Shown here: one piece after another, positions 39,008-53,289 of the stretch
Position numbering within the stretch: the stretch's first letter is position 1
How the letters are laid out: every line of letters begins with the position of its first letter
Source of the DNA: Chrysomallon squamiferum
Taxonomy: Eukaryota; Animalia; Mollusca
Assembly: GCA_012295275.1 (NCBI GenBank)
Contig: CM022673.1
Coordinates: 9,672,001 to 9,736,000, forward strand
DNA: 64,000 bases
Direction of reading: 5' to 3'
Notes under the pieces: generated by a model
Database searches by the model: none
Told to the model about the DNA's origin: nothing
The model's input: only the letters and a program-made list of their open reading frames with translations
Program-made: the position numbers and the translations under genes

Positions 39008-42000
39008 ATGTCTGATGCTGATATTCAGGTATTTAAATAATTATAAATGTCAGAGTATAACATAAAGTAGAATAATACTGAATCGAAATTATGCTTGTCA
39101 ATGTCATTTCATTTTTTTAAATATTATTTGCACAATGAAAGCACACAATATCATGAATACGAAATGATCATCATATAAATTAAAAAGAAAATATTTTAAA
39201 TATAAAATCATGATAACCTTAGTCGATCTAAAATTATGATAGTCTTGCGTTATATTTGTAAATTGCGTTTGCTTGATTCTGTTAACTATTTTGTGATAAC
39301 TAATAAACTACAGACTTATTTTAAACATCAAACTGATTTGCTCTAAATTCTAATTTGAATAAATCATAAATGATTAAATCTCAATAAGTGATGCTGATTT
39401 ACGAATGACATTCATGATTCATCATTCAGTATTCATTCATAATTTCAACATAAGTCTACCGTTTCATCAATGAATAAGTCTTGTGTCATCCAGATAAAGT
39501 TCATATTTCTGTTATAGACTAATAGAGCAGTAATTTATACCTTAGGTTTAAATTGTTTAACTTTAAAGCTAATCAAATTACAAAATCAGATGTTTAATGC
39601 TATGATTATGAACATTACAATAAACTGAAATTAATGTGAATGTCAGAATTAAATGATAACTAAATGTAATACAAATATGACAGACTACATTTATGTTAAT
39701 CAGTGTAGGATATATTTTGACACTGTATTAGTCAATTTAGTGTATACCTTATTTTTCATATCAGTCTATCTTACTATTTTTGATTTAACTCAATGACTCC
39801 AGGAGAACACAAAATCAAATATTTGCTCACAGACAATGTTAGAATGTCTAACATGTATTACACATAGATTTTATAATTTATTGATCCCCAAATTTTGAAA
39901 ATGGCATATCTGACAGTAATAGACTAATACGGTTTAATAATGTTACATAGAAAAAAGTCCAACTAAATATTGTATTTGAAATGATAAAAATATATCAAAT
40001 GCTTCAACACTTTAATAATGACACAAAGTTTAATGTGTAACACAATGATTTTATTTTCAGCGGAAACCGTTATCTGTAAAGAATACTAGTCGCTTACCAT
40101 TACCCGGAAGTAGGCTGAAAGCACCAACAAATTTCAAAAGAGCACGTAGTCCTGATGTTGAACATGATGAGGTTAGTTTAAGATTTTATCACATCAGTAT
40201 TACCACTGCATCTTATAGAGATATATATATATAAGAGACACTCTCTGATAATCTGTTTACAGGTATTTAAACATAAGCTAGTTTAAAGAGTATGTGCTAA
40301 TTCAGATTTATTATTACTAAATATTATGGTATTCCCTAAAGCATCAAAATTGTAGTATCATTTTGTTTAGTGACCCCAGTGTCAAATTCAAACACTGACA
40401 CATCTGCTTTGTTTTCTTTAAATATATAAAAATTTATGTATGATGTAGTGAGCCAATATGTCTATACCATGTTTGTGCCAGTGTTCATCAAATTCAAATA
40501 CTGTAATATCTACTTCTGTTTCTGTAGAAATATATATATATATGTAATTTAGTAAAACACTTTTTTTTTGTGCTATGTTTGTGCTACTTTCATCAGATTC
40601 AAATGCTGTGGTATTTGCTTTCCTTTCTGTAGAAATATACATATATATATTGATAAAGAATTCACTGTTACTGAACAATAAACTGTCTATGAAGTTAGGG
40701 CAATATATTTATTATTAAGTTTTATAATGAATGCATATCTTCCTCAGTTTAAAAAACTTAAGTTAACATGAAAATGTTATTAGAAAAAAATTAATTCACT
40801 TTATACAGTTATTATATCTTTTTTAACATGCTGTTTTGTTTCAGATTAAGCAGAGAAAGAGAAGCAGAACCGACAGCTTTGATGAAAGTCCTCCAAACTT
40901 GAAAAAAATGAAATCAACCTCGTGTCTTCCAGGTTCCAGAGCAACATCGACTCTGACAAAACAGCTGAGCAGGTCAAAATTTGCAGCTGTCACAGCTGCT
41001 ACTCAAAGAGCTAAACCAACCTTCACTGCAAAACCAGCACCAAGATCAGGTAGTGAAAATATTACATGACCAGTTCTGTAAGCATTATCTTCCTGTGTTT
41101 TTAAAAGATTGAATTACTAAGATCAAATTGCACATAAAATTTCTGTAAATTTACTGTTATTTTTAAATGGTTTTTTTTTTTTTTTTTTAAATAGTTTTCT
41201 GTTTGAATGTTAATTTAAAAATTTGAAAGTTCAATATCAAATGGTGTAAATTTGGATTCTTTGAATTTCACTGTCAAAATTTTCAAACACATTCACTCAC
41301 CAAATCAGCTTTTAAAAAAAAATTGTTTTCAGGATAAAATAAAAAAGAAATATAACTATAATAAATATGTATTTGTTTATAAAAAAGTTATATATATATC
41401 TTATATAATTTATGAAGGTAATTAAGAAATGTGTATTTCTTGCAGCAATTCCTGCTCAGACAAAATCCAAACCACTTGTTAACAATGGAATTAAGACAAA
41501 ACCTGTTGTTTCTACCAGTCGAAAACCATTAACAGGTAAAAATACTTGACTATTTCACAGTATGTGGTGATTAAAAAATAAATTCAAATATGTTTATTAA
41601 AACAATTAAAAGAAAAAGTTCTATAATTAGGCATATAGTGTATCATATATGTTCTATCAAATATATTTTGTCCAAACAGTGACAAAAAAAAAATCACGTA
41701 TAAAAGTAATAAATATTAGTGGCCCTAAATGTAATAATTTAGTGATATTACTGTTTTTGTTTCAAGGTCCTGCTAGCAAGCCAAAAATAAACACAGAGAA
41801 TGACAAACCACAAGTGACTGCACCAGCAGGTAACTCAATTAGATCTAATTAGAAGTGTAATATTTTCCTTTCAAATATTAGTCTTAATGAATTGTAGAAG
41901 TTAAAATATAAAACAAATACAGTTTGTCTTTAACTGTAAAAAAAATTATATATTGATATTAAAAGCAATCAAGACTGATAACAAAAATGTTTCAAAATTG

Positions 42001-45000
42001 ATGTTTATATATAAAAGAAAACAAAAACAGATTTCAAAGTGAATAGTTTTTAATGGTTAACACTACAACCTTGTTTTGATTACATGTTATATTTTCACTA
42101 TCTTTTTAATAATTCAGTATTTTAGTTAAATTTTTATTTTTATTAATCAAAAAAACAGCTGGTGGTAAAAAACGTGCTGCTTGGGATATTAAAGGTCGAC
42201 TGTTAGACAAGGAACAAGCTCTACGGTAAATCTTCAAATTTAAAACAAAAATTAATTTGCATAAACATGTGAATTCTTTAAAATATATGTTTATTTGTGT
42301 GTAAATATATCTAAGCATTCACTGTTAATAATGTACTGCTAGTGGTACATATTTGTAAAGATACAATTATTTTATTAGTTATTAATTTTTGATGACCTGT
42401 GATTGTTACTATAAATTAGCTAGCTTGTTAAAGCTGACATTTACTCTTTATGATATCAGTTTGTCTTGAGAAATAATTCTAAAAAATACATCATCTTTAT
42501 AAGACTTAGTTATATTGTTTTTTTGTCAATGACATAAAAATCATCACTATAATGTGTAAATGGAAAATCTATTCTATCATTTATGATATTTAATAATAAA
42601 ATACTTCATGAATAGCATATTATAAGGAAACTTTCTAGAATGTTAGGAAACTTAATTTAGTTTGCGACTTTAAAAGATTATTTTGAGTTTGTTAATCCCA
42701 GTGTTTCATTGTTTATAAAAATCCCCTAATTATATAATACATCTTCTAAACAGCCCATGGATATCTGCATACTCTCTGCTATTAGGTTTTTGTGTAGTTA
42801 ACACCACATTTTGACATTAATTAGCTAAACATTGAACAACAGTAAAAATATGAATTTATAAACATTATTATACACTATAGCTTAATAAATATTAGGGGTT
42901 ATTCTGCTTTAAATGGGCATGTGAAAATAAATGTAATATAAATATTATATAAATCACTAGATAGAACACAAAATTATGTTTAAAAACAAGTCTTTCAAGT
43001 CTGTCACACCTTCCAACCCCCACCCCAAGAACACCCATATATATTTTCTGTTTTGTAATATATGTTGAAATAAAATATCCACCTCTATGTGTATCTTACA
43101 TACAAATACTGATAACTTGTAATTTTTGTTAACTGATTCAGGGAATGTCAGGCTGAACTGAATGTGTTACGACAAGGCACGCAGCAGGAGATCAAAGATC
43201 TGCTCTACTCGAGGAGTTCCCTGCAGGAAGATCGAGACAGGCTTGATGATGAGGTGTCTTCTCTGAGACAGACACTTTCAGATCTCAGACACACTCACGA
43301 ACAGATGTCAGCAGAATTCGAAACAAACAAGGTTCGTTATTCACAGCAGTTACACAGTCGCTAGTTTGGTGAAATTCAACATTAAGTACATTTAATGTGT
43401 GTTTCATGTACGTGTGTATTTATGCAGATGAACAGGTGTGTGTTTACAGGACTCTCTGTCTGTCCACAGGACTCTCTGTCTGTCCATCTGTCAGTTTTAC
43501 TCTCGGTTTGTTTGTGTGTATTGAAATGTACTTTCTGTTGAAGCTTCACTGGGCTAGACTGTTTGAAAAATGCATTTAGTACACCCATCAAAACAAATCC
43601 TTTTCACTTAAAAATGTAATTCATTTTAATTCACTTTTTTACTTGTGCATTTTGGTATATATTATCTTCAGGTACATTTTGCAGATGTTTTTATACATTT
43701 CTATAGTTTGATAAATTTCACTTATGTATAAATTAGAATTGCTAAAAAATAGTATAAATAAATTTGAGACATAATGATTTACAAATCTTGTGTTAGGTAG
43801 AGTGATTTTCTTTTTTTTGATGCCAGCTCCCCAAACAAAAAACATAAATTGTGCATGAAACAAAATTCTTTTAAGTAAGATTTTAAAATAAACTTTAGTT
43901 TGTAATATTGAAGAATGAAAGAAAAAAAATGTTGTTCTGATTGTAGAGAAATTTGACTAAATCAAAAGAACTCTTAACAGCAAAGGAAACAGAGATAGGA
44001 CAGTTAAACAAAAACATCAGGATTGTCGAAGAACAAATTAAAGCAAGTTTGGAACGGGAGAAAAAACTTGAAACTGATATCAGGAATTCAGATGTTAAAA
44101 TTCATCACCTTGAGGTAGAAACATGGTGTGATAGTTAGCAGCTGCTTTAAAATAGGGAATATTTACTGAAAAGAAATTTAACTCTGGTGAATCTAAATAA
44201 TTAGATAATCACTTTTAAATGTAAATTTTGTTCTGAAATAAATTAAAATTTCCCTGCCATTTTGTGACATGGTAAAATGCAAATTATGTAAACATACCAG
44301 CATGGCATTATTAAATATATATATTAAACAAAAATAGAAACCTGATTATTTAAAAAAATATATTAAAATAAAACTAATTGTGGGTTTATCTAACATATAT
44401 GTTTATCAAACATTTCTTGGTTCTTGTTTTTGGTTTTTTGTAACTTAAACTATTTATGCCTCAGATTGGGAGCAGTGGTAGTATATTATAACCTGAGGCA
44501 TTAGAATGTTTCAGGAATGTTTTTGTTAAGAAATTAATGTAACTCCCTCTCCAGTCATTCTCGGCAGTTGTAACTAACCTTCAAGGTACACATAAATGGA
44601 AGAACAAAAAAATATGCTGGATATTCAGAAAACTACTATTTTAATTGTAGAAACAATTGGCTAGTGCTAATGAACTAATAGCAGAGAGGGATGTTGAGAT
44701 TTCTCAGTTAAAAACAAATATCGAAGCAGTCGAGAGGGAGATTGAAGAATCTAAGAAAAGAGAGCAAAAACTGGATGAGGAAATCCAGCACTGTAACAAG
44801 AATATTGAGAGACTTGAGGTATGAAAATAAATGAATGCATTTAATGAAATAAATAAGTAAATAAATACATAGACAGATAGATACATAAAAAGATAGACAG
44901 ACATAATTACTATTTATAAAATAAATAAGTAAATAAATAGATCCAACTGAAGTAAATAGTTCAAAATACATAACAGTTCATTTCCAGTATTTAGCACATA

Positions 45001-48000
45001 ATTAAAACAATATAGATTTTGCAAGTAGCCAGTTAATTTTCTTTATATTGTTAAAAAATATATATATTAAAGAAATGTGCCTCTACAATTCAGAAAAAAC
45101 AAAAGTATAATAAATGTGTAAAATCATAAATTTTTAACTTACTTATCTTTTGTTATTTTTAATTCTCTAATACCTGTTCTGCTTTGTTTCCTTTCAGTAC
45201 ACTTTTAACCATTCTGTTCATTTGACTAATTTTTAAAGTGTGTTTATGGTGTTAGGAACAGTTACCTGAAATATAATATATTTTTATATTTCCAGTTAGT
45301 TGCGTTATTTATACATATATTTGCTATGACAGTAACATAACAAACCTTATTTTATAACTATTCTTCCTTTGTCTTATGCAGTCATTTTGAATATAATTAC
45401 AAATAATGCAAATTTGTCAATGATTTATTTATTTTTTATTTTTTAACCTTTTCTATTAATGAGAAAATCTTCTGCAATATCATATTTCTTTTAACATTTG
45501 TCAGTTTTTTGGTCAATTAAGTACTAGTAATGTCATTAAAGAAAGAAATCTACTCTATTACTTCATTATTTACTTTATTAGTAGTAAAGTTTGGCACCAG
45601 TAAAAGAAACTATCACTTTAAAATATTCAGGATATATATATATATTTTAAATCATTTTTCTTCAAAATAAAAATGTTTAAAAAATACTAACATTTTTTAA
45701 AATATGTTTTCTAAAAAAAACAAAGATCAATAATTCATCTTCTCTCTCATTCTTGCTCTTTTGCAGAGGAACTTGCAGCAGGCCAAAGAGGACATTGTTG
45801 TGAGAGATGAGAAGATTACAGGTCTGCAGGATACTGTCCAGTCCATGCAGCAGTTGATAGAGGAATTTAAAAACAAGGAACTGTGGCATGAAACCGAGAG
45901 AAGGAAACTTCACAACATGGTGCAAGAACTGAAGGTGAGGGGGGTCACTTTTGTTATGTAACATGCATTTGTAATTTTTAGACTTCGATTTAGTACATGG
46001 ATAAATGCATGTGCATTATGCATATGGGTAATTGAAGAAGTGAAAGCGAGAATGTTAAGGATATATATTTTTACTCAGAACTTTCAGATGTGGATGGGCA
46101 TGTGTGTATGGTGTGTGTATGCTTATGATATAGGAACAGAAAATGAGAAGACTCACGATTAGGCCACATTTATTGTAAGTGTGTCTCTGGGTGTGTCTGT
46201 ATGTGTGAATAATTATATATATATGGCTGTGTTTGTTGCTTGTGTATGGGTGGTTATGTTTATAGATTGTGTATGTGTATCTTGTGTTGTTTATGTGTTT
46301 ATTATGTTGTATGTTGAGTGTATCTGTGTGTACATTTGTTTGATTATGGCATGATGATTTTGAATAAATATATTCTCTGAAGAATGTAAAATACAGAATT
46401 TCTTTTTGTAGGGTAACATCCGAGTGTTTTGTCGAGTGCGGCCTTTGTTGGAAAGTGAAACCCTTGGCAACAATGGAATAGTTCCTCACATGAACTTTCC
46501 TGATGTTGATCAGCATGTGTTGGAAGTGGAGAAAATCGAGTCCTGCTTAAATGAGGTTTGTATCAGTGAATGCTCCAGAGATTTAGTTAATAATGTTCTG
46601 TAATTAAAAGAAAAGTTAAAAAAAAAACTCAGTATCTACATAAATATGAAAAGAACTCTAGAAAAAAGTTGATGTGATTTCTATTGCATGATTTTTATTT
46701 CAGAACGTGTGTGTAAATGTGATGTGCTGTAAACTCATTCTTGCATGAATGATGGATCCATGCACAGTACAAATTGATTGATGATTTATGATTAAATATG
46801 TTCAGTTATGTTTAATTTTTCAGAGTATAATGTCTAGCAGTCGACGAGGACAGTCAAAGTACGAGTTTCAGTTTGACAGAGTTTTCCAGCCTGAAGCGAC
46901 TCAGGCCGAAGTTTTCAGTGAAATATCACAGCTCGTCCAGGTAACCTAACAAGCTAGCTAGAGTGAACTGTGACTGGTAGTTTTTTGTTAGTGAATTCAG
47001 CTTGTTTAGAGAAGAAAATCTCTGCATACAGTATTTTTACTTTTAAATGATAAAACATTAATGTTTTGTTCCAGACTCAGTCTTTTTCTTGTTCTTATAT
47101 ACCTGTCAAAATAACTAAATGTTGTTTATTAGGTACTTTGCTTACTTATTTGTTCTTTGCTCATAAAGAAAATTCTTTGGTTCAGATATGTCAGTAATAA
47201 TGGAAAAACTAAAACTTGTTATGAAGCATAAAAATTTCTGCATTACTTGAATTATGTCATTATAAAGCTAATAATTAAAAAATAAAAGTCTGTTTTGAAG
47301 ATGGTTTTTGAAAAAATAAATATTCTGTACTAGATCAGAAGTAAATTATTAATGTCTACGATTTGAAGTTCTGGGTTACTAACGCTCACTAACTCATTAA
47401 ATCTAGTTGTCATTTAAGCTACTTGGAGCATTTTCAATTGTTGAATTTAATTTGTTTGAAAAAAATGTATCTGACATAACAGAGAAATTGAAGGTTTATT
47501 CCTAAAAAAACATGAACCATAAATCCAAATATAATTAAAATATTGAAAAAACAACAACAACTTATTTTTATTTGTTAATTTCAGAGTGCGCTTGATGGCT
47601 ACAATGTCTGTATATTTGCGTATGGACAGACAGGATCGGGTAAGACGTACACAATGGAGGGACCCTCAGTTGATGATGATGTAGAATGTGGCATGATTCC
47701 AAGAGCAGTGAGACAGATTTTTGAAACAGCTAGGAAAATGGAAGATAAAGGATGGCAGGTTAGTGTCCAGGATTATTTTAAAATTTTATTATTAGTATTA
47801 TTAATCTGAATTTTTTAAACTTAATTATGAAAAAAACCTTTAGGTAAACAATCAGAAATTTCAGAGAGCTAGGATTAATCAGTTTATATATTGGATAAAA
47901 AATGATAGTGAATTTTTAATAAGGAAGATAGATAAAAGGTTAATAATAATAATAATAATAAATATATATATATATATGTGTGTTTTCCAATTTCAAATAT

Positions 48001-50520
48001 ATATATATATTTATTTTATTATTATTTTTTTATTATAATAATTATTCTTTTTTTTTTTTTTTTTACAGTATGAATTTCAGGCGTCGATGCTTGAAATCTA
48101 CAATGAGACTATCCGAGACCTGGTTGACTACAGCGCTGACAAGAAACATGAAATCAGACTTGTTGGCAAAGACAACACCGAAACAGAAGTCACAGACCTT
48201 GCTGTACTCGCTGTCAAGTCAGAAAAAGAGGTAATTAATAATAATAATGAATGATGATGATGATGATGATGATGATAATAACAGTAACTGTAAATGATGA
48301 TGCTACTAATATTAATATTAATACTATTACTATTACAATAATGATGATAATAATTATAATAATAATACTACTAACAATAATAATAAATATAATAATACCA
48401 AAACTACTACTACTACTATTACTACTAATAAATTAAGTAACACTTCTTGAAAAAAAAATACAGAATTGAAATTTTTTTTTATTAAAAAAATAATTTCAGT
48501 TGTGATTTCACTAGAAAATGTTAGTAAAACATGCATTTGTATAAATGGCCACCACCAAAATTTATGAAAATCAAGCACACACAGTATGGGATGGCTCTGG
48601 GGTTAATGTAGAATAATTATTCAGATTAATATTAATAATGTTTCTGGGTTTTTAAACATTTCAGGTACACAGGCTGTTGAAGAAAGCGTCACACAACAGA
48701 GCTGTTGCTGAGACGAAGTGTAATGAACATTCTTCTCGCAGTCACTCAGTCTTCCAGCTCAAACTTCGTGGTACCAACGCCATTACCACAGAAACCTGCT
48801 CCGGTACATATTCAGAACAATTCTGTTATTTGTTCATTTTTGTTTTACAATTATTTAATTGCAGAATTGTTTTATTTTTTTTATTTTTTTTTTTTTGGTG
48901 TTAGGTGAATGAATAGAATAGATTTTTAAACATTTGTAAATGGTGGGTGGAAAAAATTAAATAGATTTTTGAAACATTGCTGGAAAAAAATATTGCTATT
49001 TTTATTTCATTTCTTTCTTTTTCATATTTTGCTTTAATAAAAATATTAAATGTTATTTTTGAATACTACAGAAATAAACCCATTGATATTTATTAAATTT
49101 TGTTCTGGTTTCATGTGTTATAAACAGGTATTTTGAGTTTGGTTGACCTGGCAGGCAGTGAAAGGTTAAAGGAATCAGGATCTGAAGGTCAGAGGCTCAA
49201 GGAGACACTGAGCATCAACAAAAGTCTGAGTAACCTTGGCAACGTCATCATGGCACTTGGAAATAAGGTAACAGAGTTAGACATTTTCAGTATAAAGTTG
49301 TCTAATGTTGTAATTATTTTACATATATATTTTTATGTGAAGTTCAGTCCTGTTTTCAAATATACTTTATTATGATCTGTGTGTTTTTCTGTCTCTCTTT
49401 CTCTCTCAGTATATGTGTGCATATATATATATATAAACACATAAAATCAATCAGCCCAGAATACAGAGGGCTGTGTGCATTTCTGTTGCATTGTAAGAAA
49501 AAAAGAAAAAATAGTCTAACAGTATGAACTGTATGAAGTTTTGCAGATATGGTGTGTCCCATGTTGTAATGCTCAGTTGAAATGTCCTGCAACATAACCA
49601 GTGTAGTTAAATATTTCCACAGGTCCATTCTGATAGACTCTAACTTCATTATTTCCCTTGCCATTTACTTGGAATTCTAGATTTTAAACAATGTTCCTCA
49701 CATCTCATTGTCCAGGAATGTCTTTTACTGGTAATGTTATATGTTAATCAAAACAGTGAAAATAAGAATGGCTATGGTTCAGTTTATTCCGAGTATAAAA
49801 CTAGTTGTTGTGTTTGTTTAATGTACAGGACAGTCACGTACCGTACAGAAACAGCACTCTGACATACTTGCTGAAAAACTCGCTAGGTGGGAACAGCAAG
49901 ACGCTGATGTTTGTCAACGTGTCACCTAAAGAAGAGTGCTTTGCTGAAACACTCAGCTCACTGCGCTTTGCCACCAAGGTATTGTATTTTTCTCGTTATA
50001 AAACTCAGTATAATAATCATATTATTTTTTGGTTACAGGTTCAGTGTGATCTGTCAGTTTGGTTTCATTTGAATTTGTAACTGGTTTTTTTGTTTTATAA
50101 AATAGCATAAAGAGATAAATGTTTTTTGATTGTTTTAAAGGAATACTACATGCATCAGAATACAAGGTTTTATTCAAGGATGAACACTTTTATGTAGTAA
50201 TGAAAGATTGGTTTATAAGGCATAAATTGAAGAATGGAAATTTGTTTCAGTGGAGTAGTGTTAAGATTTACTTATGATTTGTTTTCTATACATACATATT
50301 TTCTCTCGTTCTTATTACTTGTTCTTTCTATTCCTTTTTCTGTTTCACACACACATATGCATGTACCTATACACACACCCACACAAAATTCTAATTAATG
50401 GTTATTCATAAAATTATAGTAACATTGGCCATGTATTTGCATATATATATTATTTTTTTCACATTTTTTTTACAGGTTAACCAGTGCAACATTGGAACAG
50501 CCAGGAAAAAAGCAAAATGA
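39008..50520 (+). CDS. KIFC1: Kinesin-14 family C-terminal motor protein (KIFC1/HSET/XCTK2/Ncd orthologue), about 773 aa
   Basis: 18 GT-AG exons in continuous frame: 39008-39028, 40061-40171, 40845-41049, 41446-41535, 41767-41829, 42159-42225, 43142-43331, 43947-44114, 44651-44818, 45767-45934, 46412-46555, 46824-46940, 47585-47758, 48069-48230, 48665-48803, 49128-49267, 49829-49978, 50476-50520. Motifs: [11 protein letters not shown] (KIFC1 tail), [24 protein letters not shown] (neck), GQTGSGKT (P-loop), SSRSH (switch I), DLAGSER (switch II). Confidence 0.95.
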
Positions 50521-53289
50521 AAAGTTTTTAAAATCATTATAAACATCAACTGAATGGCAGCAAATATTTTACATAAACCTTTGTGAAGGAAAAAATAGTT
50601 TTTAGGAAACCTCTGCAGATTGTACATGGATGTTGGTCTGAAGTTTTGTTTATGTTTTAAAGAACTTTTGCAGATGATCTGAATAGAGTGGTCTGAAAGT
50701 TGTACAAAAAATTATATTATTTAAAAGAAAAAACCAGAAAATATTTTTTAAATATTTTACAAACGATGTGTAAAAGAAAATATGTTTTTTAAATCTTATG
50801 TTTTAAAAAAGATGTCAAACGTCTTTTAAACCAGAAAACAGAACCATGTCTATTTATTTTTTAATCGGCTGTCTCGGTTGTTGTGAAATAATAATGGGTG
50901 CTTTTCAAAAAGAGAAAAAAGAAAAAGTAAACCACTTAGAAAAATAGGTTTGGATATCATATATGGAAAATGTGATGATAAACTTTCAAAATGAAAGCTT
51001 GTGCTGAATTTTAAATAGTACTTTTATTTTTGTATGTTGTGTTTTAAATTATCACAGAGAAAGTAAAATGTATAAAACTGCTCATTCAGTGCAGTTCTAA
51101 GCTAATTTCATCTTTGTTAACTTGACAATTCATCCATGCATCTTCCCATCTGATCTTCTTGTTTTGTATATAGAAACTTGCTTAAATTGCTTAAAAATAA
51201 CTGTTGGTGGAGATTTCTCTCATCAACAGCACGCATACAATCACAAAATTACATAGCTATGGCATGCACACACATACATTACAGTTATGGCATACATACA
51301 TGTCTTACACAAAGTGGCATACATACATACATTATATAGTTGTGGCATTTACACATTCACACACAAAGGCAACTGGCATAATATATACATTCACAACACT
51401 TGCACATTTTTTATGAGAGCAGAAACTCATACATAAAGCTGTTATGCAATGCACGCAGGCAACATTCATATATTAACATATCTAATTTTAAACAATGCAC
51501 AGTATGACTATTTTAAAATGTGAAGAATCTCAGTGTGCCTTAATTTTGTCATTCTAAAATGCATATAGAAAGGAACCTATTATACTGCAGTGATAAAATA
51601 TCTAATAAAGACCACAGCAGCAACAGCAAATTGACTACGAATTTAACAGAAAATAAAAGAAGAAAAATAAAATAATACAATGAAATTATCCAAGAGCCAT
51701 ACTTAGTTAATAATTATTTTTTTTTTTACATTATTTTTGTTATTGTACACAGTTATATTCCACAATGGATAACTTGTAAGATCTTAGATTTTTTTCTTTT
51801 TTTCTAGTGCATCAGTCTTAGAATCCTGCAGAAGGTGTTGTTATTTTAATTAATTTGGTTTGAACTGTTTTACATAGACACAGAATAGAGATTTTGTCAT
51901 GGTCACTATACTTTGTATATCACACAGTATTTACATGAAGGGAAAAAAGATTAACAGCTTAAAGTTAGTAAAATTTGAAAAATTTAAACCAGAAATTGAT
52001 TTTTAAACTGGTTTTTATTTTATTTAGATTTAATTTCGATTTAATTTCATTACTGAAAATTTGACTTAAATCATTCTCAAATGAAACATATATGCACATG
52101 TGAACACAAATAATATATTAAAAAAAGATAACTTTAACCAAAATACACCTATTATCCAGGATTACATCAAGCTGGGATTAATGAAATACAGATTATCCAA
52201 GGATTATATTGAGCTGGGATTAATGATAATTCATGTCTCATTTGTGTAAAATATTTTTTTCACTATAACTTTTATTTTTGTAATGCCTCAATGACAACTC
52301 AAATGTTTTCTTTTACTAGTAATACTGTTTGTTATTAATTTTATACTTTGTCATTATTTATAGTGTAGTTTCTTATCATAAACAATATAATTCATCTCAG
52401 AATTTTGTTGTTTATTTCTTAAAATTTGATCTTTGTTTTAACACTGCAGTGCATTTGAACATTCTCTTTTAAATCAGCAAGTTATTCTATTGTCTTATTC
52501 TTACCAAATTTAACTGGTCTAAAAAAAAAAAAAATTAAAATTTAAAATTAAAGTAATACAAAATTAATGCCTTAGATATATTTATTTATATTAGTATTTT
52601 TCTTTTCCTCATAAACTTATTTAATATTTATTTTGCCAACTCTTTGTTGTAAAATTTCCAAAGATGGACAGAATATTTGAAAACCTTTACAGAAATAAAA
52701 AATTATTTATAAATCATAGTTATTGTAGATAACATTTTGATATTTTATATCAAAACATTGAAGGACACAATCTGTGTAATAAATCTTGCTAAAATATCTT
52801 GGTGTAGATCTGATCGATTCTGTTGGAGAAACTGTTCAAGTAGTTTTGGAGAGTTCTGCCCTAAGAAAGTGAATGGTGAAAGAACATATGGTCTCATTTA
52901 GTAATTTTCCTTTTGTCAAATTTAAAAAAACAACATTATTATTGCCAAACTTTCAATGTTAACTCAAAATAGAACCATAGAATTTGTTACCTCTCTATGA
53001 CTTTGATATCAAAATGTCAATATTGCTGAACATAAAATAAATAAAGCTTGAACTTTACTATCAGCACCAGTATTTGTTTTTTAATACTGTTTTTTTTTTT
53101 TAACTGTCATAGATGGATTATAATACTGCATGTTTTGAGTTGACCATCAGTGAATATATTTTTAACTCATCTCTGAGATAGTCAGTTCACTTCATTGTGA
53201 GTCACTGATTGTCATGGTACTAATCCAATTTCAGATGATCACAGTATGGATTGGATTACTAGTTTTTCAGAACTGTTCCAGTAATATTT

